64,000 bases of DNA from positions 92,318,001 through 92,382,000 of the forward strand of contig NC_043004.1 of NCBI RefSeq assembly GCF_006345805.1, given 5' to 3'. Positions within the stretch are counted from its first letter, which is position 1; each line of letters begins with the position of its first letter. The notes below the pieces were generated by a model. It worked only from the letters and a program-made list of their open reading frames with translations, did no database searches and was not told the DNA's origin. The position numbers and the translations under genes were made by a program. This document shows positions 11,708 through 25,872 of the stretch, piece by piece. Source of the DNA: Octopus sinensis (Eukaryota).

Positions 11708-11891
11708 TATATAATATATATATATATACATGAATCAGTATATATATATATATTCGTAGAAACATACATACATACATATGTGCATATTGGTAGCTAATGT
11801 AAAAGAGAAATAGAAAGGTAGACTGATCAATGTATGTTTGCATGCTTGTGAATGTGTGTGCATGTATGTTCGTGCGTGAGTGAACGTTTGT

Positions 11892-11947
<56 letters not shown>

Positions 11948-14372
11948 GTGTGTTATATTCACTTGACCAGGCGCATAATTCAATTCGTTGCTTTGAAACT
12001 GAAAGCCACCATATGCTATGTTCTAGAAATATCGATTCTAAACTAGCGTCTCACTTGGTCAGTTGATAACTGGTCATAATGTTCTTTTTAAAAAGATGGC
12101 ATTAGCCAGTTGGAGTGCATCCAAACGTAGATGTAGTGTTTTTGCCAAATTTATACTTATTAACGTTAGCTAGTGAGAAAATATTTCCCATGCTTAACAC
12201 TTATCATCCGTCACCACTTGAATAAATACGGTTCATTTCGCCAATATCGGGCGGTTTATTGGGTGAAGGTAAATATCTTCGCGAATGAAGCTTTTGTAAA
12301 GATATTTTTGGACAGCAAGTGTAACAAGAAGTTGTTATAAATTTACCTTCATTATTTTCATAGATGCTTGACCCAATGACTTGATGAAAGAAAGAAGTTG
12401 AAGTAAAGATGAAGGATCTGTTACTAAAATATCTTCCTGTCATCTTTCTTTAGTTCAACAATGTAACCTCTACGTGGCTCCTCCACCTGTTAGAAATAGC
12501 AACTAAATCTCCCTCAAATCAAATTTTACAAAATAAGAGCATATCTAGTCCTTGATACACAGAATCGCAATATGTCCACAGTTGGAATGTCTTTGATTAT
12601 AGATTTGCTAGATTAGGACTGACCTGGGTCTAAACAACAGCGACAATAAAAACAGCATGCGTTTAATCTTACTATTTTTTATGATAAAGGGCTTGATCTT
12701 ATGTTGCTGTATTTGATACTGTTTAGCCTCCAGTAATCTTTGATCCAGAAGAAATATGATCAAAAGTATTTCAACCATGACCATCGAGTCATTTATTCAG
12801 ACAAAACTATAGTAAAGACTACATTGTTCAATATGTCATAGCAATATTTTTAAGACTGTAGGATGTTATCTGAATGAAAACTAGCAGTAATTTTATAAGG
12901 GCGAGTAAAACCACAGAACCGCGTCCGTTGGCTCATGTTTGTAGTGATATTGATAATATTGGTCGTGGTCGTTGTCTGATTCAGTAGACCTATAATCAGC
13001 GATGGTCCAACCACAACCATACTGTCATTTATTCAGACGTATTTCGAATTGCTTTATCTAAAGTTCCTTCCTATTTTAAAACAATAAGATGTGACTTGAG
13101 GGAGGTCTGATTGCTATAACTACCGGGCCAAATGCTCATGTGGAGGTAATATATTTGGCTTGCTGGTGTGTCAGAGCTGGTGAAGGAAAGCAGATGTTGT
13201 TGTTTGGTGGACAATAAGTGGGCGCTTCTTACCCTTTGGGCACCACCCTACTAACCTCCATAAGAGAATAGTAAGGTGGTTGAGATCTTTAAGGATGTTG
13301 TTGAGTTGTTTAAGGGTTTAATGAGAAAAGGAGGAACAAATTTAATACTTTTTCAGTGTTTTGAATTTGATGGGAGTTTGATGGGAGGACGTTATCCCTA
13401 CTCGAATGCTTGCAACATAGTTGACTCTTCGAAATATAACCAAAGGCCAAGATTGTTGTTAAAGAAGTAGATTCTCTATGACCAGAACACTTGCACCATC
13501 CACCTTGCTTCAAATATAAACACAAGGCACCTGTTATTGTTCTTCACACCCATATCAACTTTAATTGAACAGGTATATGATTAAAGATAGTTCGACGGCA
13601 TCTCTCATTATTTTATGTAATGTACCCTACTTTCCCATGAGAGGAGAAAATGGTCTAAGGGACAAGTAGCAGTTATTTTATGTTTCTAACAGGTCGGATC
13701 ATCTCCCGTTCGCTCTCCTAATGAAGACTAGATGTCATCACTATAGGGAGCGTCAGTTACTGAGTTTAAACTGACCAGCGTTTCAATATGTATCATCACT
13801 CTATTTCAAATCATTACTCCATTAGTGGTAATAGAAGAGCTTCTTTGTGGGTTGCTTGACCGGCTAAAAATAATATCAATATTATTCTTTCTAGGTTATA
13901 TCGTGTCCTGCAATCTAAAAAAAGGCGAGAAAGATTTTGAATAAGGTAGTGATATATACTTTATAACTGAAGAAAAGATGGGATGGCCACTACTGAAATG
14001 CTTCCAATCACAAGTGAAAATTGGACTATCGTGGGGTTGTACAATGACAGTGACAGTTTTACGGGAGTCAAAATTAAACGTATGAATTCTCCGAGGGAGA
14101 TTTGGTAGTATTGGCCGTAATTGTATTGGGTCGTGATGCTGTTGCAATGATTTACATCTGCGAAAATTATGATCATGCAGTTACTATGTTAATTATCTAT
14201 GCAGGTTTACAAAATCTTAATTAGTGAAACGTCTTTAGTAAATATATTACCTATACAAAATGGTAAACATATTATTTCAGACAATCTTGATCGCATGCGC
14301 AAATTCAATCACTTAAAAATAGCAGCTATTTTCCCCCTCAAATTCCATTTTACCATCTCTAAGAAAACAATG

Positions 14373-14645
14373 TTGTTGTTTGTTCCTTCTCAAGCCATGC
14401 CTGGCTCATAGGGCCGGTTTCCCGGTTTCCCGGTTTCCTTGGCGTATAGGTTCCCCACCTGGAGGAAAGAGTGAGAGAAAGTTGTGGCGAAAGAGTCAGC
14501 TGAAGTTCGCCATTACCCTCTGCCGAAGCCGAGTGGAGCTTAGGTGTTTCGATCATAAACACACATATCGCCCGGTCTGAGATTTGAACCCGCGATCCCT
14601 CGACCGCAAGTCCGCTGCTCTAACCACTCGGTCATGTGCCTCCAC
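14373..14645 (-). mobile_element. SINE with family C head and an alternative 3' body
   Basis: 12-bp TSD aagaaaacaatg at 14361-14372 and 14646-14657; body shared with 48611-48935. Confidence 0.85.
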
Positions 14646-14764
14646 AAGAAAACAATGACGAATACCTAAATAAATGTAATCCTGGATACTACACCACGCT
14701 CATTAAAAAACAAGTTGAAAGCCTTTGATCATATATGTGTTGGATCAGAATTGACCACGTGCAA

Positions 14765-14803
<39 letters not shown>

Positions 14804-15321
14804 TACCCATCACAATTATCATAATCATCATCATCACGCTTCTTTCTTCTTTTCGAGTTTATGAAATATTCCCCATATCGTACATATATTATTAGACATA
14901 CGCTTCAATGTAGAAATATATTTTACAAGATAATGTCCAGAGGCAACTTTTCAGAAGTTTGTATTGCTTCATTTTACTCCTACTTGACTTTCCTGGTGAT
15001 CAAATAGCCCAAATTAAAGGTATAAGTAGGAGATGTAGCTATTTAGAAATATTTAGGGAACCTAGCAAATAACGTTTTCACAATGTACTCTAGCTAGAGA
15101 TAACTACATCACATATGTATCTTCATATGTGTCTGTCGGAAGGATATGAAATAACTCTGATATGTGGCGAAAAAACTTTAAATTAAATATAATCAGATGA
15201 CCTGACACTTCGTGACACGATCACTTTATTTCAAGAGTAACTAAATAACCCAGATTGAACCGTATAGTTTACTATTGTATAATTATAGAGTAAGAACTAC
15301 AGTATGGGTTAAGAATACACA

Positions 15322-15395
<74 letters not shown>

Positions 15396-15899
15396 ACACA
15401 CACACGCACACACACATAGATATATATATATTCATTTATATTTTATATGTTACAGCCTTGGGGCTGCAGCCATGCTGGGGATCCGCTACATGTTCACAGA
15501 TCCATTTAGCCTTACTGTAAAATCAAGATTTTTAAAGACTGTTCGACTACTTAGGGTGAGGATCGAACCAACTAGTTATATTATCATGTAGCAATTCATC
15601 GAGATTCGGTTATATGTCCCTTCTACATTGCCAGTGACAAGAGCTGAAAGATTCAGATTAAAATATAATCAAATATATGTCTAGACAAACTAATTTGCAC
15701 AGCGGCACAATATTTACGACCAAACTACAATATACAATATTATAGATAAGTTTGTATATTACTATAATAATATTGGTTTCTAACGCCAGCACAATGTCTA
15801 TAAATTTGAAATGCATGAAGTCACTTTAATCGACTCCAATGTGTATCAGGTGTTTTATTTATAAAACTCGAAAGAGTAAACAACAAAGACGAGCCAGAA

Positions 15900-17390
15900 A
15901 CAATGTTTGGCCTTAGAATGAAAGGGAAATAACTATTGTAAGAGATTTTCACCAGCATTCTGCCAGCTCTGTTATCCAGAACCCTAGGTACTATCATATA
16001 TTGTTCTTAAAGATACAGTTGCACAAAGCGATATTGGTTGCGTGGAGTTTTGATGCTTTGTAACCCCAGGTCAGATTTAACCGAGAAGGCTTGCAAATAA
16101 GCAGTCGATTGATTAAGCATCGAACCGCAGGTCTATTTTGCTTATTATGCCATGCCTCCGTTTATCTGAGGGCTACCGGTATGCAATGAGGAATCGGATA
16201 GAAAGCAAAGAAATAAACTCCACATGTAAACCATCTCCAGTGATAAATCTATTTCCTGATTCTAGAGATGGCCAAGATGGAGGTGCAATAATTCGGTAAC
16301 AAACTTACATTGCTACACTGGCGCAGAAACCTTGACCATTTCATCATCTTTCTTGGCACATTACGTTCAAGATTAATTTATCTCGTAAATTTCTCTATTT
16401 TTAAAGCGACAGAGTATTAGTTGAGTATAATTTGGCTGTAATTTTGCCAGTGGAGACACTTTTATTGGCTCTGTTGGTGTTGCTACAGTTTGGAAGGACT
16501 CGAACAAGAAAACAAACAACACTGCTTTCAGCAGGTCAAAGCATTTTTCTTGTGAAAACCTTGGTGGTGGTGATAGGCTTTATATCATAAACTGATTTAG
16601 ACACTAAGCATCTAAGCTCTCTAGCTAATGATATCATACTCCTTGAGGTAAATTATGGGAGTATAACTATCAATTGCATATATTGATATAATCACTTAGT
16701 ATCTAATCTTCTCCCTCCTAAAATACCATGCTCCTTTAGGTCGGTGAAGGGATTCCATAAGGTAAGTTATATAGATTTATATGTGTAATACCTCCAGTCC
16801 TTTTCCCAAGAATGCTATATTTCTTCCAGAAGGCAAAGGTTTTTATCAGGTAGTTACGTAGATTGATATATCATAACCCCTCTTTCTCCTATGAGGTCTT
16901 AATCTTTGGAATTAACGATGTGGCGTTATTAGGTCAGTTACATATCATAGATTGGTTATAGACTCCGAGTATCTAAACTCCTCTTACCTAGGATACCATA
17001 TTTCTTGAGATAGACACCATCAGTTATCAGGTCAATTACATGGTTTGTTATATAACTTGGTCGTTTAAACTCTTCTACGATATTCAGTCTATCGTGTACC
17101 AGTCAAGAAAGCAAGATGCTCGTTCTTTCCAGCTTATCTACATTTCCGCTTATGAATAACGTTTGAGACTGTAGCTAATAGGGAAAGTACTTGGGTCTAT
17201 TGTTGATAGGCATATTGCAGTCTTTATGAGAACTGGGATGAATCTTCGTTATATTTTACCTCATGATATGATTATTGTTGATGTTGTTATTTAATTTCAG
17301 GATAACTGATTGATCAAACTTATGATCATATATGACCATTTGATATTTCTTTACCTTGGACAATACTACCTTAATATCATTAATCTTTTC
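15900..17390 (-). mobile_element. Highly decayed non-LTR retrotransposon, 3' part (possibly R4/Dong, RLE type)
   Basis: Frameshifted motifs NIVEEFK..SY (RT thumb), MCQER...C...TELLHLH (CCHC-like) and QNRP (RLE-like). Confidence 0.4.
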
Positions 17391-18808
17391 TGATGCTGCG
17401 GCCTGATTTGAGAGGACAAGGCTGCTATTTCTTGTAAGTCGAGGGGCCGTGTATAGAATCCCTCTCTTATTCTGGCAAATGCCACTTATTAACATTGGAG
17501 AGGCATGCAAGTTTTATTGAGTTTAAGTCAGAGAAAATTGAAATGAAATGATTAAGAAAAGAAAAACAAATTACTTAAACTTGGGTTATCTTTGAAATGT
17601 CTGTTGTAACCATTTAATGATTGCTACAACTCTCTGCTCGGCGTTTGAGTAACACACGAAAAGAAATTTTGCATTGAATGAACGCGTTTAGGCAGGCGAC
17701 CGACAGGCTTTGGGGAGTCTGTCCTTCGTCATATGTTATTGTCTGTGACCGGAAATCGCAAGTACAATTTTCCTGCTAAAGCTCTTACACTAATGTTACT
17801 AATGACATCGACACCACATGAAAATCCCTGCAATCCTATTCATCCTCACGCCACCACCGACCCTTTCACATCTAAAAACCATTTTTCATTTCGTTTTATT
17901 GTTTGTTTCTTTATTTAGTTAGTTATTCAATGACTAAACGAGTCGATCACTTTTGAGTTGATTTATCAGTGAGTCACCGCATTTGAACCAGTTTGATTGA
18001 AGCCTGTTTAAGACATGACTGGCGAAGAGATGTGACGGTGAAGTGGAAGGGACGACATTATTGAATAATCAATCAACTGTATTACTCAACATCAATATAA
18101 TCAAGACCAGGCTTCCTTCTTTCTCTGATTATATCAGTCAATACTCAGAGTTAATCACCTGATCATATACAATCGCTAACTAGTATCGAGAGAATCTCTC
18201 TAAAGCACCATAGAATTGTATAAGTAATGTTTAGTCCCAGAAAGATCTTAATCGAACACAACTATGATCATCGGCGTTCCATTTATGACCCCCACTTTTT
18301 TCTTAAATCTAAAATTATCCTGTCTAATGCAGTCGTCTATTTTCGAAAGGTAGTGTGTGATTTGGATGTCATTTCTAACAAGTCGAGTGAACACGCAGCA
18401 GTTACCTCGTAGACGCGATTGATATTTTTCGAGGTAGATTTAGTCAGTCATCCAGTTTAACACCACCACCACCACAAGCGATACCACCAGAACCATTACC
18501 AGCACCACAACTACTACCACAACTACCTCGACCACCACAACCACTACCACCATCACCACATCGATTTTGGTACCTTTAGCAATGTTTCACTTTGTTACAT
18601 GTATTCGAACGAGGTTATCATATTACCTTCCTTTGTGTAGTGTTAGAAATACGACCAGGGAGTCTCAGACGCAAAATATGCTGGTCACCATAGTGTACAT
18701 CTTTGGAGGAAAACTTCTCCCTTTTATGACGACAGGGGTCATTGGAGCACGGCATTCTGGGGCAGAGGTGTTTTGATATGTGTCTCATCAGACAAAAGTG
18801 CCAGGGTT

Positions 18809-18886
<78 letters not shown>

Positions 18887-18953
18887 AATGTATGTATGTA
18901 TGTATGTATGTGTGTATGTATGTATGTATGTATGTATGTATACATATTAATAA

Positions 18954-18986
<33 letters not shown>

Positions 18987-19020
18987 CATAGATACATAGA
19001 TACATAGCTAGCTAGCTAGC

Positions 19021-19098
<78 letters not shown>

Positions 19099-19114
19099 TG
19101 TATATATGTATGTT

Positions 19115-19290
19115 TTATTTTTGACTCGTTTCAGTCATTAGAGCGCAGCAGTGCTGGGGCAATGCTCTCAATGAATCTATCACCAGTACTTTTTAAAGCT
19201 TGGTTATTTTATCGGTCTCTTTTACCCGAAACGATGATGTTACGGGGACGTAAACACATCAACACCGGTTTTCAAATAGTAGTGGGGACA
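19115..19290 (-). mobile_element. SINE family B, 3' fragment
   Basis: tttcagtcatt...ttacggggacgtaaacac matches the reverse complement of the family B tail. Confidence 0.7.
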
Positions 19291-19397
19291 AAAACAAACA
19301 AAAAGACTCGCGCACACACGTATGCAGACGCAGGCACGCACACACACACACACACACACACACTCTCTCTCTCTCTCTCTCTCTCACAACACACACA

Positions 19398-19436
<39 letters not shown>

Positions 19437-19734
19437 CACACACACAACTACACAGACAGACAGACACAGATGTTTCTAATCAAAACTGCTAGAATGTAGC
19501 AGATACCTAAAAAATATATCTTAACAGACCAGGCTGAATTGGAGAGAAGGAGCGAGATACTTCCTCAAGAAGTCACCTGATGAGACACAGTCTCCACCTG
19601 TGATGCAAGACAGTTGATTGTACTGCTTCTCACCTGTGACATTACAGATTTAGGACGAGTCGAAACATTTGTAGTGGATTTGAATAAAGAATCTCGTGAA
19701 TTCTATTTTCGGAATATCTGATCTACTTAGATAC

Positions 19735-20085
19735 ATGCATGCATGCATACATACATACATACATACATACATACATACATACATACATACATACATACAT
19801 ACATACATACATACATACATACATACATACATACGTACGTACATACATGCATACATGCCTACATGCATACATACATACGTACGTACGTACGTACGTACAT
19901 ACATACATACATACACATACATACATACATACATACGTACGTACGTACATACATACATACATACATACGTACGTACGTACGTACATACATACATACGTAC
20001 GTACATACATACATACATACATACATACATACGTACATACATACATACATACATACATACATACATACATACATACATACGTACG
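19735..20085. repeat. (TACA)n/(TACG)n compound microsatellite
   Basis: Direct reading; source of the spurious HTYI/MYVC ORFs. Confidence 0.95.
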
Positions 20086-20177
20086 CATATATATATATAT
20101 ATATTATTCTACCACTGGTATTTGAGTACTCTTTTTTCCACCTTGTTTCACATTTATGTGTTACTACTCCGGTATAT

Positions 20178-20229
<52 letters not shown>

Positions 20230-20468
20230 TTATTTATATATATCAATAGGTGAATGAATTATCCTATGTTTATCGTCAGCATGGAAAATTCGTTGAACCG
20301 ATACCAGGGTAGCAAATTCGCGTCAGAAACACGGGTGAAGCTACCTGAGAAGATTGCATCATACACCTTTATTCCTTTGGAATGAAAACATGTGGTCTTC
20401 GAAACATATGTCGAGAGTAAAGGAATTTTGTTAACAACTTCGTTCGACTCCATTCTTTCATTTATTCA
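20230..20468 (+). mobile_element. PLE-type terminal repeat with a decayed HHR (20341-20416)
   Basis: CTGA-gaagat[40 nt]gtcttc-GAAA-c[ATAT]g-TC; core lacks 3 nt. Tail resembles 4790-4830; (AT)n on both flanks. Confidence 0.55.
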
Positions 20469-20480
20469 TATATATATATA

Positions 20481-20520
<40 letters not shown>

Positions 20521-21036
20521 TACACACACACACACAGACAATGGGGTTCTGTCAATTTCCGTCTACCAAATCCACTCACAGGGTTTTGGTCAGCTATAGT
20601 AGAAGACACTTGTCCAAGGTGCCGCGCAATGGGACTGAACTGAAAACCATATGGTTAGGAAGCAAACTTCTGGTCACACATCCACGCTATATATACACAT
20701 ATAGAGCAACAACCAGAATGCTTCAGCGTATAAGAATATATTGATCAGTGTTCGCATACCTCACAGCTGAACAAGAAATGTACAATTTGACAATGTTCCA
20801 GTTCTGTTATCGATTTTCTTAACGTCCAAAGCATTTACGTTAATTTGAAGAACATCCTCAATATAAAAGAACAGAAATCTCTGTGGATTAGAAACAACAG
20901 GAAAGACATTAACTATCCCGAATAATCTACGGCTTCATCATCTTTCACTGATATGATTATTAGTTATTTATTTTATTCAATGATATATATTGATTATTCG
21001 AGAATATAATTATGATTATTTCTGTGTCATGGTTAT

Positions 21037-21102
<66 letters not shown>

Positions 21103-21105
<3 letters not shown>

Positions 21106-21270
21106 TGGCTGTGGTAAGAAGCTTGCTTCCTAACCACGTGGTTCTGGATTCAGTCCCACTGCGGGACTGAATCCAGAACCATGGGGCAAGTTTCTTCTAT
21201 TATAGTCTCGGGCCGTCCAAAGACTTGTGAGTGCATTTGGTAGACGGAAGTTGAAAAAAGCCCGTCGTGT
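21103..21270 (+). mobile_element. SINE family B, 5' fragment
   Basis: gtggctgtggtaagaagcttgc...ggttctggattcagtccc head. Confidence 0.8.
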
Positions 21271-21275
21271 ATATA

Positions 21276-21825
<550 letters not shown>

Positions 21826-21889
21826 ATATATTGTGAGTCTGTACAGTCCCACTACCATAGCCCAACAATTGATATGGTAGCATCAACCC

Positions 21890-22387
21890 TTAAGGGTTAC
21901 CCACATTTAGGTGGCAAATATACTTCACGATGTCGTGCGGCTACTGTTTATACGTCGCTCAGAGATTTATTATTGCTTGTTTCCACTTTTTCGAGATCAG
22001 TGACTTTTCGTCACTGGAAAAACTGTATATACTGTATATACTTGCATCGAGAATCACTTCCCATCGCCAACCGGTGGTTGTCACACGCTAATGACAGGTC
22101 AATACCCAGAAACTCGGGTCCATGTGTATCACGTCAGGCTGGAGATGGGAACGATAACTTCCCTTTGCAAATACTGGTAGGCACAAATAATGTGTCAATA
22201 GCCAGCTGCAGGAGATGTCTTCCTGGGGCGCCATTTCTAGACAGCAGAGGCGTCTTGGAAGAAATGGGGATAATGAGACTAGTCCTTAGCATCTTTTTCG
22301 CTATCAAACTGAGTCTCTGTCTGTATAAGAGGGAGGAGGATGGTACCGGCCTTAATACATGAATGTATGGTCGTGTAATTTCGTGTA
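21890..22387 (-). mobile_element. Decayed LINE RT fragment, probably the same element as 15900-17390
   Basis: RNYTTIHSC / SLIAKKML, QLAIDTL and GIDLSLACD resemble RT motifs NYRPITC, QLLIDK and WIDYKKAFD. Confidence 0.45.
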
Positions 22388-22794
22388 ATTTCAAAGATAA
22401 CCCAGATTTAAGTAATTTGTTTTTCTTTTCTTAATCATTTCATTTCAATTTTCTCTGACTTAAACTCAATAAAACTTGCATGCCTCTCCAATTTTAATAA
22501 GTGGCATTTGCCAGAATAAGAGAGGGATTCTATACACGGCCCCTCGACTTACAAGAAATAGCAGCCTTGTCCTCTCAAATCAGGCCGCAGCATCATAATA
22601 CTGCAAAAATGTCATGAGGTGCCCCACTGATTCTGCCAAGCGACTGTCCTGGTGTATATGTATTTATGTATACATGTACATACACATGCTTATGTATATC
22701 TATGTATGCTTATATGTTCTTACATATGTGTATGTTTGTATGCATGCATATATGTATACATATATATATATATATATAATATATATATATTATA

Positions 22795-22825
<31 letters not shown>

Positions 22826-22865
22826 GATGTATGTATGTATGTATGTATATATATATATAATATAT

Positions 22866-23166
22866 AATTGCCACGTGGAAGGTGTTTGTAAGCCATTAAG
22901 AAAACACACAAAAGCCGTTCGATTCACTTCAACATTTAAGTTTAATTTGTCAAAATATTTTCGTCGCTAAAATCCGCGACTGTTCACTGACAAAAATCCG
23001 TGCTGCAGCACAAAAATCCGTGATTGCAGCACGGATTTTTGTCAGGAACAGGTCGCGGATTTTAGCGACCAAAATATTTTGACAAATTAAACTTAAATGT
23101 TGAAGTGAATCGAACGGCTTTTGTGTGTTTCTTAAATGGCTTACAAATACCTTCCACGCTGCAATT
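22866..23166. repeat. Fold-back, ~142-bp arms (22866-23007 / 23025-23166), 17-nt loop
   Basis: Arms are reverse-complementary with a few differences. The loop holds a direct copy of caaaaatccgtg. Confidence 0.92.
22947..22993 (-). ncRNA. Minimal type I hammerhead with a G3:C8 compensatory core
   Basis: ttgtca-GTGAACA-gtcgc[ggatttta]gcgac-GAAA-[ATAT]-TT-tgacaa. Confidence 0.72.
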
Positions 23167-23240
23167 GTTTTCGTTCCAGCACACGATCTCAAATCAAATC
23201 ACTTGCTATGCGAGTACATCTCCCTATATATATAATATAT

Positions 23241-24837
23241 ATACCAGCAGTATTCGGGAGTATCACTGGGAACGAAAATGGGCCCTAACTATGTGAACCT
23301 GTTGGTTGGCTATGTGGAGGCCCAAATATTCTATCGATTCACTTGTCCCACTGCCGAAATATACTGTCGTTATATTGATGATTGTATTGGTGCAACCTCA
23401 CTCTCCCGCAAACAATTAGACTCTTTCCTCTCCTTTTTTTCAATCCTTCCATCCTGCCATCGAATTCTCCTGCACAATCTTCGACATTTCTGTTGCTTTT
23501 CTCGACATTTCGGTCAACATACACCACTCCATTCTCCCTACCTCCATCCACTACAAACACACTGACTCGGACTCATGCGTCAACTTCTCCTCTAACCTTA
23601 CCCACACCAAGATCTCCATTCCCTTCTCCCAATTCCTCCGCCTGCGCAGGTTCTGCAGTGACAGCCATGACTTTGAAACTCAGTCTCAACTCATGGCTCC
23701 CCACTTCATTCTTTGGATACCCACTCATCACCATCCACACAGTCTTTGCCAGAGCACGTTCCGTGGACCATGCTTCTGCTCTCTCCCCGCACACACCCCG
23801 CCGTTGCCCGTCTCTTGTTTTCCCTCACCTACCACCCCTCCACCCTGCCCCTCTAACGCACCATTCTCCGAGCCTTCCGGTGACTCCAGTCCGACTCCTC
23901 CACCTTGCACATCTTCCCCAACCTACCCTTTCCATCCTTCAAACGAGCCCACAACCTGCGTGACCTCCTGGCTCACATTTTCTGCCTTCACCCCACCTCT
24001 GAACCTGGCTCATTCCTGCGCTCCCGCCCACACTACCTCTCCACCACCACCATCCTCACAGGCACTCATCAACGTCCCTATCATATCACCAGCTCCTTTA
24101 CCTGCACTTCAGGCCACGTCGTTTACTGCATCTCCGGCTCTTTCTACTCTTCTTTGCACATCGGTCAAATGGAATGCTGCTTGGCTGACCGGTTCCCAGA
24201 GCACCTGCGAAACCTCAGGGTCAGCAATGACACCCCGGTTTCGCGTCATCTCTGCTCTACCGGTCATTCACTACAACCCACTCTCACATACCCCATCCAC
24301 ACCAACACCACACCACTACACCACCACACTACATCTCACCACACCACATCTCACCACACCACTCCACACACACTAGCACTGACCACTTCCCAGCACCCAC
24401 ACCACACCATCACATGCACACCCCACACCATCACATGCACACCCCACACCATCATCCGCACACCCACACACCCACACATTACAGTCGCACACACTTACAC
24501 ATGCACATACTAATACACGGAAAAATTACTAGCCCCTATCCACAAACACGCATACACGCACGGGCAGCTTCGTTTTGGGATCACAAATACTTTCTTATCT
24601 CCCCTTCTTTCAACTTCTCCTGTCAAATGTCTTTTTTTCTCACAACCAGTGACCATGCTTGATCGCTAAATCCACACGTTTTTTGTATATTCTCTCTGTT
24701 TATTTTCTATTATTCCTTTCTGTTGAAGAGCTTAGGCTGAAATCGTAAAAGAGTTTCTCAATTTCCCGAACGTCAAATTAATACACCTGATTGTTGTTCA
24801 TACACCTGTCTTCCTCATTTGTTTTTCTGTAAATTTC

Positions 24838-24840
<3 letters not shown>
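23241..24840 (+). mobile_element. 5'-truncated Penelope-like element: RT (YIDD), thumb, GIY-YIG and terminal repeat
   Basis: GVSLGTKMGPNYVNL, YCRYIDD (23371-23382), SIPFSQFLRLRRFC, VVYCI..LHIGQ..RFPEH. Frameshifted; ends in (TA)n; decayed HHR at 24716-24751. Confidence 0.92.
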
Positions 24841-24870
<30 letters not shown>

Positions 24871-24874
<4 letters not shown>

Positions 24875-25140
24875 TAAATAAATGGTACAACGAGTCACCG
24901 ATATTTACTGGAAGATAGCAATCATAATAAATACGACGCTATTGTATAGCTTCACTGAGTATATACTAGCAAAGATGCGTGTGTGCAACAAACATGGAAA
25001 AATTTGTCTTGCCTCTAGGAAGAACATCTGAAAAATGGAAAACCTAGAATCGAATAATGCAGTGCCGGTTTCAGACTCTTCAAATACGTTTGACAACGTA
25101 GATTTGATTTGTCCTCATCAGCTGCATATACCTAGACAAA
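24871..25140 (-). mobile_element. PLE-type terminal repeat, tail-to-tail with the previous element at (TA)n
   Basis: Contains the HHR at 25057-25127 and ends at the shared (TA)n 24841-24870. Confidence 0.55.
25057..25127 (-). ncRNA. Hammerhead motif, one core substitution (U16.1 to C)
   Basis: atgcag-CTGATGA-ggac[34 nt]gtct-GAAA-ccgg-CA-ctgcat. Confidence 0.65.
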
Positions 25141-25341
25141 ATTTCATATGTTGCCACATCTATGCCAGTACACTCGTCTGAACGCCAAAACGTTAACAGA
25201 ACGATAACAGTGAAGAAGTTTCAATGAAAATAATGATGCAATACGAAAGTATTGCTTTCCAGTAAAAGATAGCCCATAAGGGTAAAATTACACATATAAA
25301 AGTAAACTGAACTAGATGAAATATTATATATATAATAATAC

Positions 25342-25375
<34 letters not shown>

Positions 25376-25424
25376 ATATATATATATATATATTATATAT
25401 ATATATATATATATCTATATAGAT

Positions 25425-25872
25425 ATGTGAAATAGAAAGATGAATAATCTTGTTGCAAGATTAATCAAAAGTTTAACCGATACCTTGGTAGCAAAAATCA
25501 CAGCAGAAGACAGCACGGTTGGAGGTACAACCATATGGTGTTGCAACCGTGCGTTGGTGCGGATAAATGAATTTTATATTATTAGTGAATTGAAGAAATG
25601 GAGTTGAACGAAGATTGAACAGAAATCGTTTTATTTCATTATACACGTGTTTCGAAGGCACAATTTACCAAATTCCGATTGATAATGAGACCATATTGTG
25701 TCTTTCTCTTCAGGAAGAAATAGGAAATCCGTTGGAAAAAACAAAAACAGAACAGAGGCGGAGCAAAACATTATTCAATCGGAATTTGGTAAATTGTGCC
25801 TTTCGAAACACGTGTAGAATGAATAAAACGATTTCTGTTCAATCTTCGTTCAACTCCATTTCTTCAATTCAC

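Noticed and set aside
12204-12443. 79-aa minus ORF and a possible 33-nt microexon
   Set aside because: Splice signals alone are common in AT-rich DNA, and no domain was recognised.
13896-14176. Overlapping ORFs with a hydrophobic stretch and N-glycosylation-like motifs (GPCR-like impression)
   Set aside because: Stops in the relevant frames and no seven-helix pattern.
18770-18795. CTGATGA-gac[acat]atc-aaaac on minus, a possible CpG-decayed hammerhead
   Set aside because: Needs two restorations and has no stem I or clear cleavage triplet.
19574-19600. CTGATGA-gac[aca]gtc
   Set aside because: No GAAA follows stem II.
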